This document shows, in pieces, positions 34,066 through 46,890 of a stretch of 54,314 nucleotides of DNA; the first letter of the stretch is position 1, and each line of letters begins with the position of its first letter. Under the pieces are notes generated by a model. It was not told where the DNA came from and made no database searches. It saw nothing but the letters and a program-made list of their open reading frames with translations. Position numbers and translations under genes: made by a program. Origin of the DNA: Octopus bimaculoides (lineage: Eukaryota); contig NC_068984.1 in assembly GCF_001194135.2 (NCBI RefSeq), forward strand, positions 135,895,132 through 135,949,445, read 5' to 3'.

Positions 34066-34590
34066 ATCCTTTGTGTTCTATTTTCAATTTATATTTGATA
34101 CATTATCTCACCCCTGCCAGTATCTGGCATATACAAGTGCTTACACTTATCAAGCATTATCTCTAAACTTACAATACCTGCAGCTTTTAAAAATATGTTC
34201 GCTCGTTCTTATTCTTTCAGGCTAAAGATACAACTGCAGCTTACCTTTATGCATACACTGCAGCTGGTTGCTGCACTTTAACTTTTAATACCACACAATG
34301 ATAGTTTTGTTTATAATTATGCTTATTTAAAAATATATAAAAAGAAATACGGCGGCGGTTATTCAAATTTTATGTTGATTGAAATCATTTCAAAAGAAAC
34401 CCATAAAAATGTGTCCTTAAATGAAACCCTTAAGATGAAATGCTTTCTTTGGGGAAGTCACAAACTAAATGTTAATATCTAGGGGAGATGAAAATTTGAA
34501 ATGTTCGTGCAAACTTATTCACTTTATGAAATGAAATCTCATTATAATTTTTTGTCGATCATTATCTCATATTCATTATTACTAGTGACG

Positions 34591-34703
34591 AAGGCGGTGA
34601 GCTGGCAGAAACGTTAGCACGCCGGGTGAAATGCTTCGCGGGTATTTCGTCTGTCTTTATGTTCCGAGTTCAAATTCCACCGAGGTCGACTTTGCGTTTC
34701 ATC
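34591..34703 (+). mobile_element. SINE family B 5' half (young-looking, 3'-truncated)
   Basis: aaggcggtgagctggcagaaacgttagcacgccgggtgaaatgct...ccgagttcaaattccaccgaggtcgactttgcgtttcatc. Confidence 0.92.
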
Positions 34704-35964
34704 ATACAATACACAGATAAACAGATGGAATTAAATAACTACATACGTTAACAAAATTAAATTAAATATAAAAAATAGTAAAAGAATAGAAAAAAAAACA
34801 AGTAGGTATAAACACATGAGCAAAATAAATAAAAACAAATTAAATGAACGTTCATAAACAGGTGATAGAGATGATACAGGCACTTACCCCCACAAACACA
34901 CGCACTTATTAAACATAGACACACATAGGAGTATATGCATGCGCAAATAAAACTATAGGAATACAAAATACAAAATAGCTGATCATTAGTAAGGAAAAAC
35001 ACAGAAGTAAGAAAGAAAAAGCAAAGGACCACTAATGAGCTAATGTGGTCACAGAAGCGTGACGAAAAACTATGGCCGAAGTACGATTAATGTAAAAAAT
35101 AAAAAAAGCTGAAGCAAATTAGCACCAATTATATGGTGCGTATGTTTTTATTGACAAAACAGGCACCATGACCATCCCCAAATACAATATATATATATAT
35201 ATATANNNNNNNNNNNNNNNNNNNNNNNNNNNNNNNNNNNNNNNNNNNNNNNNNNNNNNNNNNNNNNNNNNNNNNNNNNNNNNNNNNNNNNNNNNNNNNN
35301 NNNNNNNNNNNNNNNNNNNNNNNNNNNNNNNNNNNNNNNNNNNNNNNNNNNNNNNNNNNNNNNNNNNNNNNNNNNNNNNNNNNNNNNNNNNNNNNNNNNN
35401 NNNNNNNNNNNNNNNNNNNNNNNNNNNNNNNNNNNNNNNNNNNNNNNNNNNNNNNNNNNNNNNNNNNNNNNNNNNNNNNNNNNNNNNNNNNNNNNNNNNN
35501 NNNNNNNNNNNNNNNNNNNNNNNNNNNNNNNNNNNNNNNNNNNNNNNNNNNNNNNNNNNNNNNNNNNNNNNNNNNNNNNNNNNNNNNNNNNNNNNNNNNN
35601 NNNNNNNNNNNNNNNNNNNNNNNNNNNNNNNNNNNNNNNNNNNNNNNNNNNNNNNNNNNNNNNNNNNNNNNNNNNNNNNNNNNNNNNNNNNNNNNNNNNN
35701 NNNNNNNNNNNNNNNNNNNNNNNNNNNNNNNNNNNNNNNNNNNNNNNNNNNNNNNNNNNNNNNNNNNNNNNNNNNNNNNNNNNNNNNNNNNNNNNNNNNN
35801 NNNNNNNNNNNNNNNNNNNNNNNNNNNNNNNNNNNNNNNNNNNNNNNNNNNNNNNNNNNNNNNNNNNNNNNNNNNNNNNNNNNNNNNNNNNNNNNNNNNN
35901 NNNNNNNNNNNNNNNNNNNNNNNNNNNNNNNNNNNNNNNNNNNNNNNNNNNNNNNNNNNNNNNA

Positions 35965-36262
35965 TACGTTCACATGTACATACACATATATACACACAGA
36001 GACACGTCTACACACTTACATAGCTAAATACTGTCCTACATACATAAGTACATACGTACGTACATCCATGCGTATAGGCAGGTACGTATACAAACGCATA
36101 TACACATATGCATTCGCACATACCTACATGGACACATACATACATACGTAGATATATACATTCATGCATTCATACATAATACATACATATATACCTACAT
36201 ACATACACACATAGATACATACATACATGCATACATGCATACATACATGCCTACATACATAT
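35965..36262. repeat. Degenerate (CATA)/(CA)-derived low-complexity tract
   Basis: Directly visible. Confidence 0.85.
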
Positions 36263-37140
36263 CATGAACTAACTATTACTTTCTCAGATGCAGCACAGAA
36301 TTTTTCAGTGAACTGGTCGCGGTCTTAAAGCGACGAAAATATTTTAGCAAATTAATTTTAAATGTGGATGTGAATCTAACGAGTTTTTTTTTAATGTGAT
36401 TTTAAATGCCTTAGAAACACCTTCCACGCAGCAATTTTTTGCCACGTATGGTTTCTATATTTTTCCAACTTAGATCGTAATACTGACTATAGCTTCTGTC
36501 ACACATTTCACTACGCGCATGTCAAAGAGAGGCAAAGGATGGGAGAGAAAGTGGAAGCGAGAGAAAGGAGAAAGAGGGAGATATCGAGATAGAAGGGATA
36601 GAGAGGGATGGAGCGGGGTCAGAGGGAGAGTGTCGATAAATATACCAAATAATGTGAAGTAGAAGATTCCATTCAGACAAATGACTGTTACGTTAACCAA
36701 TAAGTTATTGATCAAATTACCGACGAAAATGCATTACGATATGCAAATCAATCTGTCTACCCTATAAAATATTTTTGGTAGCAGGCTTATAAACCGCAAA
36801 TTTGTGGGGAAATTGAAGAGCTTTCATGAAATCTAGGCACAAAATGAAATAAACCTGACTACTCACAAGTTTTCTGTCGACAACGCTATTAAATGAACTG
36901 CGCTATACGAAGTAGATCTAACTAAAATTAAAAGCTGTAATACGGAAGACGTGCTCACATTTCCTCTTTTCCTTGCGGAAGATTTATTGTCCGAAACGTT
37001 GGTTTATTTTTTCTCTCCTCAAAGTGATTTCAATGTATACATCTATCGATTTTATTACATAAGTCATGCCAACTCAGACCCGAATATCAGCCTCTATTTA
37101 TATGTGTGTGTTTTTGCCTGTTTGTCTGTACACGCACATA

Positions 37141-37200
<60 letters not shown>

Positions 37201-37709
37201 NNNNNNNNNNNNNNNNNNNNNNNNNNNNNNNNNNNNNNNNNNNNNNNNNNNNNNNNNNNNNNNNNNNNNNNNNNNNNNNNNNNNNNNNNNNNNNNNNNNN
37301 NNNNNNNNNNNNNNNNNNNNNNNNNNNNNNNNNNNNNNNNNNNNNNNNNNNNNNNNNNNNNNNNNNNNNNNNNNNNNNNNNNNNNNNNNNNNNNNNNNNN
37401 NNNNNNNNNNNNNNNNNNNNNNNNNNNNNNNNNNNNNNNNNNNNNNNNNNNNNNNNNNNNNNNNNNNNNNNNNNNNNNNNNNNNNNNNNNNNNNNNNNNN
37501 NNNNNNNNNNNNNNNNNNNNNNNNNNNNNNNNNNNNNNNNNNNNNNNNNNNNNNNNNNNNNNNNNNNNNNNNNNNNNNNNNNNNNNNNNNNNNNNNNNNN
37601 NNNNNNNNNNNNNNNNNNNNNNNNTTTTGCCTAGGTTATATAGACAATAAGCAAAAAATTACTTTACCGTACAGAAAAATAACCGTGTGTATGTGTACAC
37701 ACACATACA

Positions 37710-37751
<42 letters not shown>

Positions 37752-38039
37752 AAGAACAAACAATTTACGAGAAAAATAATTCACGAAAAATTCATTTGCA
37801 GAGGTATCATTAATTCTGTTATTATCCAATGTAACTATTTAAAAAAATGATAATAAGAGAATCAATGATACAGGCGATAGCACGCCAAAAATAGCATTAA
37901 ATACCCGAGGGATTAAGATCAATCAAAGGACATATTCAGTATGTCTACCTGCTTGAAATAACGGTCAAAACTCTCATCAAATCGCCAAAAATACACTGAT
38001 AACTACACATACCAAACGAAGGCAAATCATATGTATGCA

Positions 38040-38091
38040 TACATACACAAATATATATCTACACACACACACACACACGCACACACACACA

Positions 38092-38172
<81 letters not shown>
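38040..38172. repeat. (CA)n-(TA)n microsatellite
   Basis: Directly visible. Confidence 0.95.
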
Positions 38173-38175
<3 letters not shown>

Positions 38176-38544
38176 CGAATAGGTATACATTTCTGTTTGA
38201 TGTGTGTACGTGGGTATACATTTATTATATATGCATATCTAAAGAGAAATATTCTAGATGAAATAATTTAGACAAGCTAGCGTCATGTATATGAACGGCA
38301 CACTCAACGAGAATTATATCGAATAGTATATATCACACATTCTTGATTTATTGAGCTTAGCTTTGCCTCTACATGCTATATCGCAATTACCAAATGGGAA
38401 TTGTGGCGAACACCATTTGATAATAGGAGATAATCACCAATACCAAAAACTCTCCAAAGTCGACAAGCAATTCAAGAACAGGGCAGGCTTAATGGAAGGA
38501 AGTCAAAAGAGGGTCGCGGACACGTTACTCATGCAATCACAGAG

Positions 38545-38600
<56 letters not shown>

Positions 38601-38784
38601 GTGTATCTGTTTAAATCATTACCTCTTTAAGATTTTACCTGTTGGTAGTGTATTGTATATAATGTTTTAATCTGTTGGGACTGCATTAAATAAAACGCTA
38701 CCTTATCAGTTCTACATTCTAAACACCATTTTGTGCTTAATTATATAACTGTGCATGTGTTTGTGTGTGTATGCATGAATGCAT

Positions 38785-38916
38785 ACAGGTATGTATGTAT
38801 GTATGTATGTAGGTAGGTAGGTAGGTAGGTAGATAGGTAGGTAGGTAGTTAGGTAGATAGATAGATAAGTAGGTAGGTAGGTAGGTAGGTAGGTAGGTAG
38901 GTAGGTAGGTAGATAC

Positions 38917-38983
<67 letters not shown>
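38785..38983. repeat. (GTAT)n-(GGTA)n-(GATA)n compound microsatellite
   Basis: Directly visible. Confidence 0.95.
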
Positions 38984-38984
<1 letters not shown>

Positions 38985-41853
38985 TTGAAGCCAGTCTGAA
39001 ATTTGAAACTATAAGTGTGAAAACAAAAGACGAAACCTCTTAGAAATTTATGTTATGCTTCAATGGTTCAGATTTGAAACTCATTATCAAGTGGAAAATT
39101 TATTACGAGTGTGGATGTTTATAGGAAGGATGGGCTTCTTAATAGAAGGCTTACATATATTCACAACTATAGTCTAATTAAACATTTGCTACCTAATACT
39201 CAACCTTGTGTTTTGATCGGAGACTGTCTACGTCCAGTCGGTGTTAATTTTCTACTGGTTTTCTTTCAACAGCAAAATAATTGGTACGCTTATGTTATAT
39301 ATCTCATAACTGCAAATTAAGATTAAGGCATCGTGTAACAAGTATAACTGTAAAGCCTTGCCGACATTTTTTATGGGGAAATTTGTTCAGTGTGTCTTGA
39401 TTGCTGTCCTGCGTTAACCGGTTTACAAAGAATCACACTTTAGGAAAACCCAGTGTGTGTTAGCTCAATAGAGGTCTAGAGTTTCCAGAAGAAACACATC
39501 TCTGCAGATATCCATGGTAAGAAAGTTATTCTTCCTATATTGCAATACATTACCTATAGTGGTTTAAGGAGATGCCATTCAAAATAGTTCAGGACTAGTT
39601 CCTAATTTTATCGAAACGAAATGGATGGAAGACAAAATTTGCCTCAACGGTATTTCAATTCGTTACATAGAGACCCAGAACGGATACTGCAAAGCGTTCT
39701 CTAAAATTTCAAAAAGTGCTGCCAGACAACTAACTCATCTAATTATATTAGACCGAATCAGTTTCATTATATTTACCATTTTATTTGGAAAACTGATAGA
39801 AATGTGTTTGTATTGTAAAGAATGTCCGAATCAGTCTATTTAATAACTTATTTAGAAAAACGATATGTACTTCTTTTCTATTTACGAGTAGAGGATTATA
39901 TTTAGTTACACTGGAGAGAATGTGTATATGTATACGTATATAAATACACTTGTGTATATACGTATACATACACATGCAAAAATCCATGCATTGCTATATA
40001 CATATATATAGATACATATATACATATATATGTATATATTAATACACACACACACACACACACACACATATCTATATATATATAGAGAGGGAGAGACAGA
40101 CAGAGGGAGAGAGAGTGTGGATAATTAATGGTCTCCTATGGAATGAAATTTAAAAAATCTTTCAGGCGGTCAAATTAGTAATATTATCGTGTGGGTATCC
40201 ACTCAAATGTGACTTGTGGAAGTCAGGGTAGTTATTTGCATTGCGCATACACTATTGTATATTGCAGATATCTGGAAGGATTTTGCCCCCTAAACACGAA
40301 TTAACTATTCCGATCTTTGCTTTAGAAAAGATCCTTGCTATTTAAATAGCTGGATGAGAATATCGACTTAAAGCATAAGATGGTTACTTGGGTAGGCTAT
40401 TTCCCTACCGAAAGATACAAAGGCCTGGCCGACGTATTTTACAATCTGGTTTTGCCATGGCAAATATATATGTGCGTGTGTGTTTGTGTGCATACACATG
40501 TATACATACCCATATTCGACGCGCAAGTATGGTACAACGAATGTGGGCGACAGAAAGTGTAAGAGGGAGAGAGAGAATTACACATATAAATACAAGGGAC
40601 ACTTGGAAGTGGATGGAAATGCAAAGAAACAGAAACATTAAAGCTTCATACATAACTAAGTTATTTGCGTGTCCTAGACTAAGCTGGAAACCAACAAAAA
40701 AGGAAAAAATAATGATAATAATATTTCATTATAGTTGCGTCTTACCATATGTTTCATAACTTACTGCCAGCAGTCACGATCTATACGAATATTAAATTTA
40801 TGAAAGAGTTTCGCGGGCATAGATTCCGATTAGATTTAGAACAAACAAAAGTAAAAAGCAAAATAGTAAAATTGCGCATATAAGATCATACGATAAGATC
40901 ATAGGATATATTGCTTGTGCTGTTGTTGTAATTGTTGTCAGATTGTATTGTTGTTCTTGTTACTGTTGCATAAAGTGATTTATGAATCAGATTATAAACC
41001 AAGCTACAGTGAATGTCTGGAAAATTACTTTAAAATAAAGAAAGAACTATTGCAAGGAAATTGCACAAGACGAGATTTCTGCCAATAAATATCTGTAACA
41101 GTTAATGAACGTTAAATTTTGCCATACTAAAAACAAATGTGTTCGTATAGACTCGATATAATCTGGTCATCTATTTAAATATATTTAAAATTTGTAGGTT
41201 GAATTAAATACTCCATATTTATTAATCAGATACTTGTGTTATTTGTGAACAAAACCCTAGAGGTTTCAGTAAATAAGATTTGTTTTAGCTTTCTCTATCA
41301 TTTCTTCAAAAGATATCTTTCAGTGTTGTCAGCAATCAGTGTCCGTGATCAACCTTACAACTCGGTTGGATCTCTTATATAAAAGGAGAAATATCCAGAA
41401 TAATATGTTAGAAAATGTTCATTGTGCAATTGAAGATACATACTGAAAAAGATACAAAGCACAAGAAAAAAGACTGTTGTGTGGGATCTCTTGGTGGTCG
41501 AACTTACAAAGATATAATGATCCCATTTACTGCGTAAGAGTTGTCACGTGCAAAGCTTTTGACTTTTACAGAGTTCTCAACGTCGTTGCGTCTACCTCTA
41601 TATAAAAGATTGATAACGTTTGTGGGCAAATTTGGAAACATTATCCATGGTTGCTGCAAGAAACTGATGTATGTTTGTCTGCGATTACTCTATGATGTTC
41701 AATGTTACTATACTCAAAATGTTATAACATTATTCTAACATAACGATTTAAATATATACTTTAACCATATAGCACAAGGCTTCTGTAGTTCTTTTCACTC
41801 TTTTTTTGTCTTTTATACATCCAACCACGTGATTTCACATACTAACTCTCTCA

Positions 41854-41935
<82 letters not shown>

Positions 41936-44224
41936 CGTAAGTGTATATGTGTGTGGGGTGTATCTGTTTATGTGTGGCGGTGTGCATGTTTGTACCTGGA
42001 TTGTTCTCTATTTCTATGTTCTTCACAGTAGCTTGACAATCAGTGTTAATTTGTTAACCTCTGTGTAAATTAACGTTTCCGTAAAATGGAGACCTATAGG
42101 ATGAGTATCAGACTNNNNNNNNNNNNNNNNNNNNNNNNNNNNNNNNNNNNNNNNNNNNNNNNNNNNNNNNNNNNNNNNNNNNNNNNNNNNNNNNNNNNNN
42201 NNNNNNNNNNNNNNNNNNNNNNNNNNNNNNNNNNNNNNNNNNNNNNNNNNNNNNNNNNNNNNNNNNNNNNNNNNNNNNNNNNNNNNNNNNNNNNNNNNNN
42301 NNNNNNNNNNNNNNNNNNNNNNNNNNNNNNNNNNNNNNNNNNNNNNNNNNNNNNNNNNNNNNNNNNNNNNNNNNNNNATAAATGTATATATACATCGTCA
42401 AAACTATCTTCATTCTGTGGACGGTTTATCATTTGGGAGTAAGTGTTGTAAATGCTATCAAAATGCCTCGTTTCTAAGCATAATAACGACTCTGGAATGT
42501 TCAAAATTTGCATTTGCTTTGAAAGTGTTTTCATGATTCAATATTTCCAAACATATTCGCTGTCTATTCGAAGAGAGCACTGCATAAAAATATATAATAT
42601 ATATATATTGTAATGAAGCAGAAATATCTAAAAGAAAGGCATTGTCTACGAATTATCTACTCGATAGGAACTTGTTCATTGGCAGTCTGGCAAACTTGCG
42701 GCTTTCAAAAGTATTAATGAAATTATCTTTGTAGAAAATAGTATATTGGCAACAAACGAAGTACAGAGGTTTCATAGAAGCCATACGGTTATAAACAAAT
42801 CAACTTCGATAAAACTGATATTGTCCAGCGGTGTGCTTTTCATTAAATGAAAAACTATGCGCCAAGACTAATGGCAAATATGGTTGCACTCCGAAGCCAA
42901 ACAATTTCTCACTTTATATACTGAGTTGCGGTGATGTTTTTGTATATTTACGTCACAAATATAAATACACATCTGAGTGCGCTGAAAGGCATGTGTGTAA
43001 CTTTGTGCAATTGACTTTAAAATATATTTATTGCATATTTATTAGACCAAGTACTGATTAAGCAATATTTGATTCGAACATTCAGAACTGAGACGAAATA
43101 CTCTACAATAAGGTAGTTTTTCTTAGTGATCTACTGCAGCGGCTGGCTGGCGGACCTTGTATGATCTTAATGTGTACACTTGATATAATCAGTTTTAATC
43201 GATATTTTAACTTGAACTTCGTTCTTTACTCTATAACACTGAGCCATTATATCAACAACGAGACTAACTGTATATCCTTGCAGAGATATTCATGGAGAAT
43301 GCTTTGCTTTAAGACGGATTATCTCTAGGCTAATTATCGTGTGTTTTAATATTTTAGTTGAGTTTAATATTCTTCTTTTTTATTTCTATCCCATAAAACG
43401 AAGTTCTTTCGGCTAAATATATTAAATATGTCTTCTCGTCTTTAATCTGTTTTAATTACTTCTGCTTGTTTAAACAGCAATATTTGAAGTAATTTGCCCT
43501 CTTCGCTTTCAGCAAAATATTTAAAATATTAAGATGATGGGATTATTTTACTATTATAAAGGATTACTATATTTTGACACATATTTTCACTGAATCACTT
43601 AAATTTTCTGCTATTTCAACAGACTTTTTTTTCTTAATGTCACGTAATATTATCTCGCACGTGGTTTAGTTGACTTAAAGTGTTATTTAATGAGTGATAT
43701 ATGGCCGTAAGGTGGGATGCGAAATAAAATGCAAGAGAAAATTGTGAATTTCACTGAAAGTTCATTAATGCAAAGAAGTTTAAATAAAATCGAATTAAGT
43801 GCTTCGGAGCACAAGTACAAAAGTAATACAAATATTTTATAATCGTTTTTCTTGTTAACTTTGAGAACTTAACTGGAGGATATTTTGAAATTAACTATCT
43901 GTTCAATATAATTTATTTGTTTATGACAAATATTTGTATTCACGGTAGACGAATAGGGGTTAGTTTAGGGAAATGATTCTTGTTTTTTTTTGTTTGTCGT
44001 CGTCGTCGTCATTAATGTTACCCTTGCTGTTGCTCCTCAGCAGTTCTCACCAATATAGGGTTAAGTGATCTAATCGCATTCGGGTGAGTGTTGCCTCAGC
44101 CTTCAGGAGTTTCTAGTTTATTACTAATTTAATATCTGTAGAGGATATGTGCTACTCAAAACTCGAATACTTGTTCTGATATAGTGGTATGTGTCGCGAT
44201 GAGACGGAAAATTAAGCCAGCGGA

Positions 44225-44612
44225 GTGCAAGCCCCATGGTTGGCAATTTAAAGGATAGATGCCAGTTTTTATGGATCATCACTTCCCAGAAGAAATGATA
44301 GTTTGGTGTGGGACCGGCAGTTACACCGAAGGAAAAAGCTTAGATACAGAAACATCGATGACAATTCAAAATCAACAAAGCCTGGAAGCGGAACGATGTT
44401 GCTCAGGGAAAATTCCACGCCAAGTCCTGACCTGGGACCCAGAAGCGGGTGGGTGGAGCTGACGAAAGGATACCTTAAAATAGTGTGGTGGCGCGCGGTA
44501 TTAAAGTAGAGCTGAACATGTAAGGACCTAACTATAGAGGAGGAATTAAAGCCGAGAATTTTAGAGAAAAATCGTCGATGGCCTATTCCCTATAGAGAGC
44601 GAAATAAGTGAA
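44225..44612 (+). mobile_element. Degraded 3' end of an RTE-clade LINE
   Basis: Mixed-frame reading gives ...HHFPEEMIVWCGTG...IPRQVLTWDPEAGG..KDTLK, resembling the RTE C-terminus IHWPE.ISN..LW.RT.Q...TRQALTWNPQGKR.RGRPK.TW. Confidence 0.6.
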
Positions 44613-45091
44613 TGCCAAACAAAGAGGATAAGTTAGAATACCATGGATGATACATTGAATGTCATGGATGAGCGACTTAATATATGACGATTATTTTCTT
44701 AACTGAACCAGTGATTCAGTGAAACTGGAGTCGATACGTACGCAATGCTTCACTCAACAAGACTCATTTTCATAGAGAAATACTAAATTTAAAATTCCAA
44801 GAGAATGGCAATCTCTTGCATTTGTCTGTGAGAGATGAGAGCTTCAGCTCACATAATTATTTCTGAAGATACCAGGTATTTTTCACTTTCTAAAGATCTT
44901 CTATCATGAACTTCTCTATGGTATAATTTCATACTAGTCAATATGACGAATGGAATTAAAAAGCATGAGATGAAATCGAAACTTTTAGAAAAATTTGAAA
45001 TTTAGCGTTGGGAATAGCGTTAGTGAAGATACTGCACTCAGAGATAACACATTTACAAAGATAGCTTATTTTATAACTGGCAAACATCTAT

Positions 45092-45186
45092 GGTGCAGGC
45101 ATTGTGGAATGCTTACGATGTTCGCTTTGCCAATTTGAAGTTTCTGGTTTAGTCCTACTGTGGAGCATTTTTGGTGCGTATGTTCG
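45092..45186 (+). mobile_element. Degenerate SINE family A head followed by a large microsatellite
   Basis: ggtgcaggcattgtgg...gtttctggtttagtcctactgtggagcatttttgg resembles the family A head; the minus-strand ORF reads KMLHSRTKPETSNW versus KVPRSGTEPRTMW in the 19540 ORF. Confidence 0.55.
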
Positions 45187-45225
45187 GAGTGGAATTGTTA
45201 AATTGACTCTATGTATAAATACATT

Positions 45226-45227
<2 letters not shown>

Positions 45228-45291
<64 letters not shown>

Positions 45292-45308
45292 GATAGATAT
45301 ATATAGAT

Positions 45309-45363
<55 letters not shown>

Positions 45364-45396
45364 CATATGTATGTATGTGTATATAAATATATATGT

Positions 45397-45479
<83 letters not shown>

Positions 45480-45572
45480 TGTGTGTGTATGTATGTATGG
45501 TTGTATGTATATATGTATCTGTGTGTGTATATCCTCTACACCGTTCGTTGTAATATATATATATATATATAT
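45228..45572. repeat. Compound (CA)n/(TA)n/(GT)n microsatellite
   Basis: Directly visible. Confidence 0.95.
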
Positions 45573-46189
45573 AAAGAGCTCATTGATGGAAACTATTAAT
45601 GTCCTTCATATGTTCGGTAATGCGCCGGCTATGAGAATGTCAAGTGACTTGCAGCTTCCATCTACTATGTCAGCTTTGTGTAATTGAAAGATATACTACG
45701 AGTGATGTTTCTACTTTTAGATATTATCTTTTTGTCTTTTTTTTCATGCTAAGCTGATGTGGTCAATTTTTAAATGCTAAAATTCTAGACATTTAATTGC
45801 AACAAAGATAACAGACTATCATACATATTTTGATACGGTATGTTGATGCTGTCTGAAAATTTGCTTAGATGTAATAAAAGTTTTAAGAATATTCTCCTTT
45901 ATAATCTCTACAAATTATATGATATAGACGAACACACTAGCTTCCTCAACTGTGAAGTTGAACGCTATAGTGTGAAGAAGAAGAGTCAAGATTAACGTAA
46001 TGATGCATACATCAGTGTCCTCAGGAGGGCGAAAAGCATCTCATGGCATAAACATGCGATCAAAGAAATTTAGGGACGCATTGCCCTTATTCACCGCTAT
46101 TTTGGAAAATATTGTGCTGTAACAATGGAAAACCACCACCAAACGATTGGCAACGCTGCTGTAAAATCTCCAGTAACACCCCCCCCCTG

Positions 46190-46705
46190 TCTGCAAGGAG
46201 GCGTGTAGTGTGACATTGTCATGATGAGATATAATGCCCGTAGCAAGTGGTGGACGCTTCTGATGGATCGCTGCGTTTAATTTGTCAAGCTGGTCACTGT
46301 ACTAAACCGAATTGATGGTTGTATCCATGGAAACACCCTTCCAGTTGCATCTAACTCAAAGCTTAACCCGCTTTGAGGGAAGTCGTATAAGATGTTGCTT
46401 TAGTTGGTCGCTGCACTTCCCCATGATTATTTGGGCTAATGTTATAGACGTTCAATGCTTTGTTTCCTGTCACGTTTCTCTTCCAAAAGTTACTGTTTCA
46501 TTCTCAGTACTGCAACAAATCGTTGATGGAAGTTTGATGGTCGACGTTAACCGCATTCAGTTGATGTGGGACCCTAACATCGAGTCTTCTGACGTTATTA
46601 AATTCATGCGGATTGTTGTTTTGAACACTCGAGTTCGATATATGTAGATTATCTGCGACCATCCTAGTGTCACAACGGTGATTGCTGCCGACGGACTCCA
46701 TTTAT
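46190..46705 (-). mobile_element. Highly degraded mariner (DD34D, mellifera/mauritiana-like) transposase fragment
   Basis: Minus strand reads ...ISNSSVQNN...RRLDVRVPHQL...FWKRNVTGNK...NWKGV...TTINSV*YSDQLDKLNAAIHQKRPPLATGIISHHDNVTLH, matching the WVPHEL, IVTGDEKW, WDWKG and HHDNARPH motifs. Confidence 0.85.
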
Positions 46706-46717
46706 CGGTGTAGCAAT

Positions 46718-46890
46718 TCTTCTTCTTCTTCTTCTTCTTCTTCTTCTTCTTCTTCTTCTTCTTCTTCTTCTTCTTCTTCTTCTTCTTTTTCTTCTTCTTC
46801 TTCTTCTTCTTCTTCTTCTTCTTCTTCTTCTTCTTCTTCTTCTTCTTCTTCTTCTTCTTCTTCTTCTTCTTCTTCTTCTTCTTCTTCTTC
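46718..46890. repeat. (TTC)n microsatellite running into a gap
   Basis: Directly visible. Confidence 0.97.

Larger units (their letters stand above)
33706..34100. repeat. Long inverted repeat: 149-bp arms (33706-33854 and 33952-34100), 18 mismatches, 97-bp spacer
   Basis: Base-by-base alignment of the left arm with the reverse complement of the right arm. Confidence 0.95.
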
